Assembly (NCBI RefSeq): GCF_963921235.1
Contig: NC_086108.1
Location: forward strand, 106,890,001 to 106,954,000
Length of the DNA: 64,000 nucleotides
Direction of reading: 5' to 3'
Source: Mobula hypostoma
Taxonomy: Eukaryota
Shown: positions 10,370 to 23,785 of the stretch, one piece after another
How positions within the stretch are numbered: the stretch's first letter is position 1
Layout of the letters: each line of letters starts with the position of its first letter
Translations under genes and position numbers: made by a program
Notes under the pieces: model-generated
The model's input: only the letters and a program-made list of their open reading frames with translations
Database searches by the model: none
Told to the model about the DNA's origin: nothing

Positions 10370-12925
10370 GACCATAGCCCATAAGACATAGAAGCAGCAT
10401 TAGGCCATCTGGCCCATCGAGTCCACTCCGCCATTCAATCGATGTGATCCTTTTTTCTTCTCCTCCTCAACCCCAGTTCCGACCTTCTTCCTGTAACTTT
10501 TGATGGCATGTCCAACTAAGAACCTATCAATTTCTGCCTTAAATACACGCAGCAACCTGGCCTCCACAGCTGCATGTGGCAACAAATTCCACAAATTCAC
10601 CACCCTTTGCCGAAAGAAATTTCTCTGCATCTCTGTTTTGAAAGGGTGCCCCACTATTCTGAGGCTGCGCCCTCTTGTCCTAGACTCTCCCACCAAGGGA
10701 AACATCCTTTCCACATCTACTCTGAACATCCTTTCAACATTTGAAAGGTTTCAGTGAGATCCCCCCTCATCCTTCTGAATTCTAGTGAGTACAGACCCAG
10801 AGCCATCAAACGTTCCTTGTATGTTCCTTCTATTCCAACAGGTTTGCCAGGCAGGATTTTCCCTGAAGGAAACCATGCTGACTTTGCACTATCTTGTCCT
10901 GTATCACCAAGTACTCCATCATCTCATCCTTAAAAATTGATTCTAACATCTTCCCAACTACTGAGGTCAGGCTAACTGGTCTATAATTTTCTTTGTACAG
11001 GAGGAAGCTTGAGTGGAAACTCCAGCAGAACAACATGAGAGAGGTCTGGAGGGGGATGAGGACCATCACTGGGTTCTGGCAAACTAGCAACAGAGGAGCA
11101 GAAGGCAGTGTGGACAGGGCCAATGAACTTAACCTGTTCTTTAACAGATTTGACATTGTGGCCCCTGCCCATCCCACACATGACCCATCTGTTGTCGGCC
11201 CCCAACCAACACATATTCCACTCTACCCTCCTACCCCTCCTCACAGGCCCCCACCCTGCTCTCGTGACTATACCCCTCCCCCACACGAAACCACTACGGT
11301 GGGCTTCACGGCTGAACAGGTGAGAAGACAGCTGAATCGTCTCAACCCAAGCAAGGCTACAGGACCAGATGGTGTCAGTACCAGAGTGCTCAAAGCCTGT
11401 GCCCCTCAGCTATGTGGAGTACTTCGCCATGTATTCAACATGAGCCTGAGGCTCCGGAGGGTTCCTGTATTGTGGAAGACGTCCTTCCTTGTCCCTGTGC
11501 CGAAGACGCCGCACCCCAGCGGCCTCAATGACTACAGACCGGTGGCATTGACCTCCCACATCATGAAGACCCTGGAGAGACTTGTTCTGGAGCTGCTCCG
11601 GCCTATGGTCAGGCCACACTTAGATCCCCTCCAGTTCGCCTACCAGTCCCGACTAGGAGTTGAGGATGCCATCGTCTTCCTGCTGAACCGTGTCTACACC
11701 CACCTGGACAAGCCAGCGAGCACTGTGCGGGTCATGTTTTTTGACTTCTCCAGTGCGTTCAACACCATCTGCCCTGCTCTGCTGGGGGAGAAGCTGACAG
11801 CGATGCAGGTGGATGCTTTCCTGGTGTCATGGATTCTCGATTACCTGATTGGCAGACCACAGTACGTGTGCTTGCAACACTGTGTGTCCGACAGAGTGAT
11901 CAGCAGCACTGGGGCTCCACAGGGCACTGTCTTGTCTCCCTTTCTCTTCACCATTTACACCTCGGACTTCAACCACTGCACAGAGTCTTGTCATCTTCAG
12001 AAGTTTTCAGATGACTCTGCCATAGTTGGATGCATCAGCAAGGGATATAAGGCTGAGTACAGGGCTGCAGTAGGAAACTTTGTCACATGGTGTGAGCAGA
12101 ATTATCTGCAGCTTAATATGAAAAAGACTAAGGAGCTGGTGGTAGACCTGAGGAGAGCTAAGGTACCGGTGACCCCTGTTTCCATCCAGGGGGTCAGTGT
12201 GGACATGGTGGAAGATTACAAATACCTGGGGATACGAATTGGCAATAAACTGGACTGGTCAAAGAACGCTGAGGCTGTCTACAAGAAGGGTCAGAGCCGT
12301 CTCTACTTCCTGAGGAAACTGAGGTCCTTTAACATCTGCCGGACGATGCTGAGGATGTTCTACGGTGGCCAGTGCTATCATGTTTGCTGTTGTGTGCTGG
12401 GGCAGCAGGCTGAGGGTAGCAGACACCAACAGAATCAACAAACTCATTCGTAAGGCCAGTGATGTTGTGGGGATGGAACTGGACTCTCTCACGGTGGTGT
12501 CTGAAAAGAGGATGCTGTCTAAGTTGCATGCCATCTTGGTCAATGTCTCCCATCCACTACATAATGTACTGGGTGGGCACAGGAGTACATTCAGCCAGAG
12601 ACTCATTCCACCGAGGTGCAACACAGAGCGTCATAGGAAGTAATTCCTGCCTGTGGCCATCAAACTTTACAACTCCTCCCTTGGAGGGTCAGACACCCTG
12701 AGCAAATAGGCTGGTCCTGGACTTATTTCCTGGCATAATTTACATATTACTATTTAACTATTTATGGTTCTATTACTATTTATTATTTATGGAGCAACTG
12801 TAACAAAAACAAATTTCCCCCGGGATCAATAAAGTATGACTATGACTATGACTTCCTCCTTTCTTAAAGACTGGAGTCACATTTGCAATTTTCCAGTCCT
12901 CTGGCACAATGTCAGAGCCTTATGA
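10370..12925 (-). mobile_element. CR1 fragment (10370-10993 and 12853-12925) split by the Rex1 insertion
   Basis: ORFs 10400-10729 (RVDVERMFPLVGESRTRG) and NYRPVSLTSVVGKMLESI...QHGF; CR1 resumes 'cctcctttcttaaagactggagtcac' after the Rex1 tail. Confidence 0.8.
10994..12852 (+). mobile_element. 5'-truncated Rex1/Babar-clade LINE with near-intact reverse transcriptase (pseudogenised near its C-terminus)
   Basis: KATGPDG, PVPK..P..LNDYRPVALTS, DPLQFAY, FFDFSSAFNTI, GAPQGTVLSP, KFSDD, YKYLG; 8-bp deletion near 12364 and TAA at 12641 relative to the sister copy; AATAAA+(tatgac)n tail. Confidence 0.92.
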
Positions 12926-13189
12926 TACAATGGAGACTAGTGCCAATGATGGAGCCAACTAAGTTTACAGCTCTCTGCATCTTAGTTCGATCATGTGTAG
13001 TAGCCCCGCTATACTGATGCAGTCAGTTAGAATGTTCTCCATGGTACATCTGTAAAAGTTTTCAAGTGTTTTTGGTGACATACCAAATCTCTCAAACTCC
13101 TAATAAAATATAGCCGCTGTGGTGCCTTCTCTGTAGCTGTATCGATATGCCCAGCAGTATTCTACCTTGAGACCCAGCATATTCTCATA

Positions 13190-13450
13190 AACAAGAGAAA
13201 ATCTGCAGATGCTCTGGAAATTCAAGCAACACACATCAAAGTTGCTGGTGAACGCAGCAGGCCAGGCAGCATCTCTAGGACTGACGAAGGGTCTCGGTCT
13301 GAAACGTCGACTGTACCTTTTCCTAAAATCTGCAGCTGCTGGAAATCCAAGCCACACACAGAAAATGCTGGAGGAACTCAGCAGGCCAGGCAGCCTCTAT
13401 GGAAGAAAGTACAGTTGGTGTTTTGGGTTGAGACCCTTGGGCAGGACTGG
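13190..13450. mobile_element. Penelope terminal fragment containing a younger 111-bp Penelope insertion
   Basis: Duplicated aaaatctgcag(a/c)tgct at 13198-13213 and 13325-13340; the insert matches the 23790-23895 subfamily and includes a hammerhead core. Confidence 0.7.
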
Positions 13451-13734
13451 ACGTCTTCAGGCCATGATTCTCCAACGCCGGCAGCCCAGTCATCTGAAAC
13501 CATGTCCGTTGGAGGCTGAAGATAGCCTGTCCTTGGGTTGGAGGGCTCTGTCTGTCTGTGGATGGGGCAGAGAAAAACGGGGATTGTTTTGCTGTTGTTG
13601 TTTTGTTGCTTTGTTGTGTTGTATGTTATTCTGCCAAACTTTGCGGGCATGCTACATTGGCGGGGGAATGTGTGGCGACACCTGTGAGCTGCCCCCAGCA
13701 AATCCCTACATTGTGTTGGTTGTTTTATTACAAA

Positions 13735-14645
13735 CGTTTGTAGGTACTCTCTTATAGCAAATAAGGTATATGCATGCGGTCTTCTGCTGCTGTAACCCAC
13801 CCACTTCAAGGTTCGATATGTTGTGCATTCAGAGGTGCTCTTCTGCACACCACTGTGATAACGTGTGGCTATTTGAGTTACTGATGCCTTCCTGTCAGCT
13901 TGAGCCAGTCTCAAAGGTTTCAAAGGTTTCAAAGGTACATTTAATGTCAGAGAAATGTATACAATATACATCCTGAAATTATTTTTCTTCTCAACCATCC
14001 ACGAAAACAGAGGAGTGCCCTAGAGGATGAGTGATAGTTAAATGTTAGAACCCCAAAGTCCCCTCAGATTCCCCTCCCATGCATACACAGCAGCAAAGCA
14101 ACAATCCCCCTCCCCCACCAGCAAAAAAAGCATCAGCACCCCACCCCCCCAAGCACTCAAGCGTATAGCAAAGCATCAGTAAAGACACAGACTTGCAGTA
14201 CCCCAATGACTACTCGTTCACCCGATAATACCACAGGCCCTCTCTTTCCCAAGTAAGGGAAAAAGAGGTGTCCAGCCTTTCTCCTCCAATCTCTCTGATT
14301 AACAAGGCAATTTTTCTCTCAGAGAAATCACTCACTGGATGTTTTTTCGTTTTTCACACCATTTTCTGTAAACTCTAGGGAGTTGCGTATGAAAATTTCA
14401 GGAGATCAACAGTATCTGAGATACTCAAACTACCCCATCTGACACCAGCAAGCATTCCACTGTCAAGCTGACTTAGATCACATTTCTTCCCCATTCTGAT
14501 GTTTGGTCAGAACAACAACTGAACCTTTTGACCATGTCTGCATGCTTTTTTTGCATGTAGTTGCTGCTGCATGATTGGCTAATTAGATATTTACATTAAC
14601 AAGCATGTGTACAAGTGCAGATAATAAAGTGGCCACTGAATGTAT
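13735..14645 (-). mobile_element. Tc1-derived non-autonomous DNA transposon, interrupted by a LINE 3' tail (about 13912-14270)
   Basis: Minus strand RLAQADRKASVTQIATRYHSGVQKSTSECTTYRTLKWVGYSSRRP (Tc1 HTH-like); TIR 'taataaagtggccactgaatgta'. Confidence 0.75.
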
Positions 14646-15529
14646 GTTTCATACTGAAGGCAAAGAAGGACAAACATATAAAAAAGCATAAACATAAACG
14701 TATCCACATGCATATCAGAGACTTCAGATGTTAATGTGGTAACAGATATCTTTGACTGTTGCCACATGGGATTCCTCCAAGTGATTGCATTTCCTCCGAT
14801 ATCCCAAAGGTGTGCAGGCTATCTGGCCACTGTAAATTGCCCTTAGTGAGTAGGCACATGGTAAAAGTTGAGGGAAGTTGACGAGACTTTAGGGACAATT
14901 AAAAGAATGGATTAGTATAGGATATATGTAACTGTGTATCTTCAAACTCCTGTACCTCCTCCCAGATGGTAGGAATGAGAAGAGGGTATATCCTTGATGG
15001 TGAGGGACCTTAATGAAAGATGCTGACTTCTTGATGTCCTCACTGGTGGAGGTGGTTCTGACTGTGATAGTGCAGGCCTAGTCGACAACCTTAGCAACCT
15101 CTTGCAATCTTGTGCATTGGAGCTTTCATACCAGACCTTTATTCAAATTCAGATTAATTTATTTATCATAGTCCGAAGCAGAATCAGGTTTAATAACACC
15201 GGCGTATGCCATGAAATTTGTTGAAGGTAAGAAGTTGTCCCTGAATCATTGAATTTTTGCCTTCAGGCTCCTGTGCCACCTCTCTGATGGTAGCAATGAG
15301 AAGAGGGCATGATCTGTGTGATGGGGGTCCTTAATGATGGATGGCACCTTTTTGTGACGTTGCTCCTTCACGACGTACATCGAACCATACAGTGAATGGT
15401 GTCATTTGCGTTAACGACCTACAAAACCTAAGGATGTGCTGGGGCAGCCCTCAGCGTTTGCCACACATTCCTGCGCCTACATAGCACGCCACGGTGCAAC
15501 AGTAGAAATATCCAGGTCAGCTCACGTGA

Positions 15530-16076
15530 CCTCAGTGGCCACCTTATCAAATCAAATGGTCACTGAGCCTCTTCTGCTGCAGAATAAAACCCATCCACTT
15601 CAGGTTTGAAGTGCTCTGCATTCAATGACGCTCTTCTGTACACCACGGTTATGACGGGTGGTCATTTGAGTTATCCTCATCTTTCTGTCAGCCTGAACCA
15701 GTTTGGTCAGTCTCCCCTGACCTCTTTCATTAACAAAGCATTTTTGCCCACAGAACTGCTGATCACTGGATGTTGTTTTGGCTTTTTTACACTATTCTCT
15801 GTAAACTCTAGAGATCGTTGTATATGAAAATTCCAGGAGAATAGCAGTTTCAGAGGTACTCAAATCTCCCCATTTGGCACCAACAATCATTCCACAGTCA
15901 AAGTCACTTAGATCACATTTATTCCCCATTCTGATGTTTGGTCCGAATAACAATTGAACTTCTTGACCATGTCTGCATGTTTTTATGGTTTGAGTTGCTG
16001 CCGCTCGATTGGCTGATTAGATATTTGCATTAATGAGAACGTGTGCAAGTGTACCTAATGAAGTGGCCACTGTGTG
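15530..16076 (-). mobile_element. Tc1-derived non-autonomous DNA transposon
   Basis: TIRs 'ctcagtggccaccttat' / 'cctaatgaagtggccactgtgtgta'; body colinear with 13770-14645. Confidence 0.75.
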
Positions 16077-17019
16077 TACCAAATCCCATCAAATCTTTGG
16101 GAGATTTGGCATTACAAACGAATCAGATATCAGTGACAGATTCAGATATTGTAACGTAGTTTGGATATCCTTGAGGTGGGATATCACGTGCATTCAGGCA
16201 TTGGACTAAACACCACAATGGAAGCTTGGGCTTTGAGCAGACTGATCAAATCCGTTTTCAACCTGGGCAATTTTTACACTGTGGCACTTTAACAGAATTA
16301 AATAGGATTCTCTTGTGGCCAAAACTTACTTATATTTCAGTCTTTAGCAACCAGTCAAATTAAAATCTCAGTATGTGAAGCAATATTTATTTAGCAGGGT
16401 TCAATTAATTTCTAAGGTCTAAATTCATGCTTCGCAAACTCTTAATGCACAGAACAGGTAATGATCTCCCGAGTTCTCACTGTTGCATTCAGAGGAATAT
16501 TTTCTCACTCTCTGTCAAGAGCAAGTTAGCTCTGCCTCAGTAGATGTGCCATCCTTACTGAGCTGGAAAGCCATGGACACAGATGATCCCAGGAAAATCA
16601 ATTTACATACTATAACAGTGAGTGACTGGAATGTACTGCCAGGGGTGTTGGTGGTGGCAGCTACAATGGACGTATTTAAGAAGTTCTTAGAGAGGAGCCT
16701 GCATGTGCAGACAATGGAGGGACAGAACATTGAAGAGCGATGTTTGGCCCATCGTGTCCTTGCCAGCTCCTATCAGAGTAATCCCATCAGTTTCATCCCT
16801 CCTACTTTCTCTGTAGCCTTCAATCAAGATAGCACCAGTGATCAATGGTGACAATCCTCCTGAAAATCCTTCTTTTACTTCTTTTAATTCTTCTTCGTTC
16901 AGATATGATTCTATTACTAAGCTGCGTGCAATTGGAACCTGTGATTTACGTTTTGATGGTGCATTTTGAAGCCAATTGAGTGATCTGGCACTTTGCTGTT
17001 TCCGAGGAAGTTCCAAAAG

Positions 17020-18880
17020 ATCATAAGACATAGGAGCAGAATTAGGCCATTCTGCCCATCGAGTCTGCCCTGCCATTCTGTCATGGATGATCCCGGATCC
17101 CATTCAACCCCATACACCTGCCTTCTTGACATATCCTTTCATGCCCAACCGATCAGGGAACAATCAGTTTTTACTTAAAATATACCCATGGTCATGGCCT
17201 CCACAGCTGTCTGTGGCAGAGCATTCCACAGATTCACCACTCTTTGGCTAAAAAAGTTCCTCTTTACCTTTGACCTAAAGGGTCACCCCTCAATTTTGAA
17301 GCTGTGCCCTCTAATTCTGGACACCACCACCATAGTCATAGTCATAGTCATACTTTATTGATCCCGGGGGAAATTGGTTTTCGTTACAGTTGCACCATAA
17401 ATAATAAATAGTAATAAAACCATAAATAGTAAAATAGTAATATGTAAATTATGCCAGGAAAGTATGAAATAAGTCCAGGACCAGCCTACTGGCTCAGGGT
17501 GTCTGACCCTCCAAGGGAAGAGTTGTAAAGTTTGATGGCCACAGGCAGGAATGACTTCCTATGACACTCTGTGTTGCATCTCGGTGGAATGAGTCTCTGG
17601 CTGAATGTACTCCTGTGCCCAACCAGTACATTATGTAGTGGATGGGAGACATTGACCAAGATGGCATGCAAATTAGACAGCATCCTCTTTTCAGACACCA
17701 CCGTCAGAGAGTCCAGTTCCATCCCCACAACATCACTGGCCTTACGAATGAGTTTGTTGATTCTGTTGGTGTCTGCTGCCCTCAGCCTGCTGCCCCAGCA
17801 CACAACAGCAAACATGATCGCACTGGCCACCACAGACTCGTAGAACATCCTCAGCATCGTCTGGCAGATATTAAAGGACCTCAGTCTCCTCAGGAAATAG
17901 AGACGGCTCTGACCCTTCTTGTAGACAGCCTCAGTGTTCTTTGACCAGTCCAGTTTTTTGTCAATTCATATCCCCATGTATTTGTAATCCTCCACCATGT
18001 CCACACTGACCCCCCGGATGGAAACAGGGGTCACCGGTACCTTAGCTCTCCTCAGGTCTACCACCAGCTCCTTAGTCTTTTTCACATTAAGCTGCACATT
18101 AGGAAACATTAGGAAACATCCTCCACTTTATCTGGTCTTTTCAACATTCAGCAGGTTTCAATGAGATCCCCCTGCATTATTCTAAATTCAAGAGAGTACA
18201 GGCCCAAAGCTGCCAAATGCTCCTAATATGTTAACCCCTTCAATCCTGGAATCATCCTCGTGAACTTCCTCTGGACTGTCTCTAATGACAACACATCCTG
18301 AGATATGGGGCCCAAAACTATTGACAATACTCCAAGTGTGGCCTGACTTGTGTCTTATAAAGCCTCAGCATTATCTCTTTGTTTTTATAAACTATTCCCC
18401 TTGAAATAAATGCCAACATTGCATTTGTCTTCTTTACCACAGACCCAACCTGTGAATTAACCTTCTAGGAGTCTTACACTAGGACTCCTAATTCCCTTTG
18501 CACCTCTGATGTTTGAATTTTCTCTCTTTTTAAATAGTACTTCACACTATCTTTCCTTTTACCAAAATGCATTATATTTCCCAACACTGTATTCCATCTG
18601 CCACTTTTTTGCCCATTCTTCCAATTTGTCTAATTCTTTCTGCATTGCTTCCTCAGCACCACCTACCTCTCCACTTATCTTCGTATCAGCCGCAAACTTT
18701 GCACAAAGCTGTCAATTCCATTGTGACAACGTGACAAACAATGTGAAAAGTAGCAGTCCCAATACTGACCCCTGAGGAACACGACCAGTCACTGGCAGCC
18801 AACCAGAAAAGGCCCCTTTTATTCCCACTCGCAGCCTCCTGCCTGTCAGCCATTCCTCTATCCATGTCAGTATCTTTCCT
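17020..18880 (-). mobile_element. CR1 copy split by a Rex1 insertion
   Basis: Reversed (tcttatg) tail at 17021; CR1 ORF2 C-terminal and RT remnants on both sides of 17331-18096. Confidence 0.75.
17331..18096 (-). mobile_element. 5'-truncated Rex1/Babar copy, sister of 10994-12852
   Basis: ORF 17486-17857 MLRMFYESVVASAIMFAVVCWGS...; reversed tail (gtcata)n; nearly identical to 12107-12852. Confidence 0.92.
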
Positions 18881-19579
18881 GTTTTGAAATGTTTGTTGAG
18901 CTTTGGAGTGGTGTGAGCAGCCTGGAGGCTTGGTAGCTAAGAGACCCTGATCAACTCCATTGCTTCTCTCCACCTGAGGCACTGAGCAATGTTGTTGACG
19001 AGGATGACAGCGGAGTACAAATGGATGCCATCTGCCTGTGTTTGAACAGTCTTCCTCTTCACCTTGCTAGCTGTTGTCAGAGGGAAGGGCAGGAGTCTTG
19101 GGATCAATGTTGGTAGGATTGAGAGAGTCTGTGGACTCTTTTTTGGGGACCTTGAGGGTCATCTTGCATGTGTTCCTAGATTCTGTTTTTTTGCAGTTTT
19201 GAGCAGTTTTTAGTCAGGGCGAACAATGTGGTGTGGGGCACTTCATTGAAGAATGGCATTGGCTAGCAAACTGAATTAAACTGAATACCACTGGTTTGGT
19301 GCATGTTATGCCCTGTGTTCTTTGCTCACATAGAATTTTGCCATTTGCTCAATCTGTTCTTTTTCCACACTTTGAGTGCTTGATGTTTTCTTGAATGGGT
19401 TCCATGATGTTTCTTTGTCTCGTGACTGCCTGCAGGAGGACAAATTTCATAGTTGTACTTTGATAATAAATGTGCTTTGAACTTTGAATTTTTAACTTCA
19501 ATATATTCTCTCTCACCCATACCCTTCAAACCCCTTTTCAGTCCTTTGTTGATTACCTAGAATAAGGAATCATTTACTG

Positions 19580-20435
19580 TAGCCTCTACTTCCTCAGGAG
19601 TCTGCGGGGAATTGACATGACAACAAAAACTTTGAGAGATTTCTATAGATGTGTAGTGGAGAGTGTATTGACTGGCTGCATCATGGCCTGGTATGGAAAC
19701 ACCAATGCCCTTGAATGGAAAATTCTACAAAAGGTAGTGGATTCATCCCAGTACATCATAGGCAAAGCCCTCCCAACAATTAAGCACATCTGCATGAAAT
19801 TCTGTGGTAGGAAAGCAGCATCTATCATCAAAAATCCCCACCACCCAGGCCATGCTCTGTTCTCGCTGTTGCCATCAGGTAGAAGATACAAGAGCCTCAG
19901 GACTCACACCACCAGATTCAAGAACAGTTGCTACTCCTCAGGCTCTTGAACAAAAGGACTCAACTACTGAGATGTTCATGCAACCAATGATCTCACTTTA
20001 AGGACTCTTTATCTGGCTATTTCATGCTCTCGTTATTTATTGATATTTGCATTTGCAGTTTGTTGTTTTCTGAACTCTAGATGATCTTTCATTGATCCTG
20101 TTATAGTCACTATTCTGTCATGAGTTCGAGCCCCAGCTGAGGGAACGTGTTGTGTCCTGTGAGCAAGGCACTTAATCACACATTGCTCTGCGACGACACT
20201 GGTGCCAAGCTGTATGGGTCCTAATGCCCTTCCCTTGAACAACATTGGTGTCGTGGAGAGGGGAGACTTGCAGCATGGGCAACTGCTGGTCTTCCATACA
20301 ACCTTGCCCAGGCCTGCGCCCTGGAGAGTGAAGACTTTCCAGGCGCAGATCCATGGTCTCACAAGACTAACGGATGCCTTTATTTATTATTCATACAGTT
20401 TGTACTTTGATAATAAATTTACTTTGAACTTTGAG
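19580..20435 (+). mobile_element. Rex1/Babar-type 3' end, split by a SINE
   Basis: ORF 19617-19949 LRDFYRCVVESVLTGCIMAWYGN...LPSGRRY; tail 'aataaatttactttgaactttga'. Confidence 0.75.
20117..20382 (+). mobile_element. Young tRNA-derived SINE with CORE-like segment (5'-truncated)
   Basis: B box GTTCGAGCC, 'tgtgtcctgtgagcaaggcacttaa'; same family as 27514, 34964, 44563 and 48975. Confidence 0.8.
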
Positions 20436-22484
20436 CAGCACAGGACGCAGCATCACTGTGTGATATGGAAATTGCACTGTGGCAGAGAGTTGGGCCCTAC
20501 AATGGGTAGTTAGAACTGCCCAGCCTAACCACCATCAAGGGCATAAATAATGTCAGGAAAAGGCCAGTAATGTCATGAAGGATCCCACTCACCCTGCGCT
20601 TGGACAGTTTGACCCACTCCCATCAGGGAAGTAGCATTCACACCAGGACCACCAGACTCAAAAACAGTTACTTTCTCCAAGCCACAAGGCTAGTCAAAAC
20701 CTCCAAACATTAATGCACCTCACCATCACCCAGCATCTCTTTAGGTACATGTAATTACTTAATGTATGCTAGTTATACTATACTGTTGCAGTATACAGTG
20801 TATAAACTATACATATTTGTACATTGTGTCTGATAGGATTGTTTTTATATTTATATTTATTGTGTTTTTTTGTTTTTTAACTGTAGAGTCACAGAACAGT
20901 ACAGCACAGAACCAAGCCATCCAGCCCATCTAATCTATGCCAGCCCATTTGAACTGCCTACACCTCCCTCTAGTGCTCCTGCCCCTTCCCTTTTTTCCAT
21001 GGTCCCCTGTCCTCTCCTATCAGATTCCCCTTCTCCAACCCTTTATCTCTTTCACCAATTAAGTTAACTTCCCAACTCATTACTTCACCCGTCTCCCCGC
21101 GGTTTCACCTATCACCTGTCACCTTGTACTTCTTCTTCCACCGCTTTCTTACCCTGACTTCTCATCTTTTTTCTCCAGTCCTGAAGAAGGGTCTTGGCCG
21201 GAAATGTCGACTGCTTGCTTTTTTTTCATAGATGCTGCCTTGCCTGCTAAGTTCCTTCAGCATTGTGTGTGTGATGCCATCATTTCATTCTCCTTTACAC
21301 TCGTGTACTGAAGAATGACAATAAACAATCATGAATGTTGAATCTTACACAACAAAACAGAACACAACAAGCAGCAAAACAGCAATAGCAAAACAAACCA
21401 CATTCCTCCCTCCCACCCACACACACACAGAGTGTTCTCCAAATCCAGCACACGTCTACGGGCCATTCCAACTACAGCACACATCTCCAGTCCTCCAACT
21501 CGAGTAGACGTCTGCAGGCCTCCAACTCCAACAGATGTCTGCAGGCCTCCAACTCCAGCATATACCTCCAGGACACACCTCCAGGTTTCAGCCATCTTTG
21601 GGATGTGGAGGGAATCAGGAAACCACAGAGTCACTGTGAGAACATGCAAGCTCCATAATTACGGCACCAGAGGATAAAACTCAGATCCCTGAAGTGCGAG
21701 AGTGGTGCTAACCAGCACATCATAACGCCATAAGAGCAGAATTAGGCCATTCAGCCCATTGAGTCTGCTTTGCCATTCCATAAGACCATAAGATATAGGA
21801 GCAGGAGTAGGCCATTTGGCCCATCAGATCTGCTCTGCCATTCAACCAGGGGCTGATCCAATTCTTCCAGTCATCCTCATTCCCCTGCCTTCTCCCCATA
21901 CCCTTTGATGCCCTGGCTAATCAAGAACCTATCTATCTCTGCCTTCAATGCACCCAGTGACTTGGCCTCCACAGCCGCTCGTGGCAACAAATTCCACAGA
22001 TTTACCACCCTCTGACTAAAATAATTTCCATCATTGCTGATTTATTATCCCTCTCAACCCCATTCTCTTGCCCTCTCTCTGTAATCTCTTATGTCCTGAC
22101 TAATCAAGAACTTATCAACCTCTGCTTTAAATATACTTAAAGACTTGGCCTCCAGAGTCATTTGTGGCAATGAATTCCACAAATTCACCACACTAAAGAA
22201 ATTCCACAAGACCATAAGACATAGGAGCAAAATTAAGCATTTAGCCCCTCCATTTTGCTCCACCATTCAATCATAGCTGATCCTTTTTTCCCCTCCTCAG
22301 CCTCACTCCCCGGCCTTCTCCACATAGCCTTTGATGCTGTGTTCAATCAAGAACCTATCAAGCTCCGCTTTAAATACACCCAATGACTTGGCCTCCACAG
22401 CTGCTGTGGTAATAAATTCCACAAATTCCCCACCCTCTGGCTAAAGAAATTTCTCCACATCTCTGTTTTAAAAGGAAGAGGCGC

Positions 22485-22520
22485 AGTTGACGTTTCAGGC
22501 CGAGACCCTTCGTCAGGACT
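22485..22520 (-). ncRNA. Second hammerhead copy on the inverted arm (one stem I mismatch)
   Basis: Reverse complement agtcctgacgaagggtctcggcctgaaacgtcaact. Confidence 0.7.
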
Positions 22521-23785
22521 AACTGAAGGAAGAGTGAGTAAGGGATTTGAAAGTTGGAGGGGGAGGGGGAGATCCAAAATGATAGGAGAAGACAGGAGGG
22601 GGAGGGATAGAGCCAAGAGCTGGACAGGTGATAGGCAAAAGGGGATACGAGAGGATCATGGGACAGGAGGTCCGGGAAGAAAGACAAGGGGGGGGTGACA
22701 CAGAGGATGGGCAAGAGGTATATTCAGAGGGACAGAGGGAGAAAAAGGAGAGTGAGAGAAAGAATGTGTGCATAAAAGTGAGTAACAGATGGAGTACGAG
22801 GGGGAGGTGGGGCCTAGCGGAAGTTAGAGAAGTCAATGTTCATGCCATCAGGTTGGAGGCTACCCAGACGGAATATAAGGTGTTGTTCCTCCAACCTGAG
22901 TGTGGCTTCATCTTTACAGTAGAGGAGGCCGTGGATAGACATGTCAGAATGGGAATGGGATGTGGAATTAAAATGTGTGGCCACTGGGAGATCCTGCTTT
23001 CTCTGGCGGACAGAGCGTAGATGTTCAGCAAAGCGGTCTCCCAGTCTGCGTCGGGTCTCACCAATATATAAAAGGCCACATCGGGAGCACCGGACGCAGT
23101 ATATCACCCCAGTCGACTCACAGGTAAAGTGATGCCTCACCTGGAAGGACTGTTTGGGGCCCTGAATGGCATCACTTCACCTGTGAGTCGACTGGGGTGA
23201 TATACTGCGTCCGGTGCTCCCGATGTGGCCTTTTATATATTGGTGAGACCCGACGCAGACTGGGAGACCGCTTTGCTGAACATCTACGCTCTGTCCGCCA
23301 GAGAAAGCAGGATCTCCCAGTGGCCACACATTTTAATTCCACATCCCATTCCCATTCTGACATGTCTATCCACGGCCTCCTCTACTGTAAAGATGAAGCC
23401 ACACTCAGGTTGGAGGAACAACACCTTATATTCCGTCTGGGTAGCCTCCAACCTGATGGCATGAACATCGACTTCTCTAACTTCCGCTAAGGCCCCACCT
23501 CCCCCTCGTACCCCATCTGTTACTCATTTTTATGCACACATTCTTTCTCTCACTCTCCTTTTTCTCCCTCTGTCCCTCTGAATATACCTCTTGCCCATCC
23601 TCTGGGTCACCCCCCCCCCCGTCTTTCTTCCCGGACCTCCTGTCCCATGATCCTCTCGTATCCCCTTTTGCCTATCACCTGTCCAGCTCTTGGCTCTATC
23701 CCTCCCCCTCCTGTCTTCTCCTATCATTTTGCATCTCCCCCTCCCCCTCCAGCTTTCAAATCCCTTACTCACTCTTCCTTCAGTT

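Noticed and set aside
10993..12453. 486-aa RT ORF as a domesticated gene, retron or group II intron
   Set aside because: 5'-truncated, frameshifted, tailed Rex1/Babar copy inside a CR1 with a near-identical sister copy nearby
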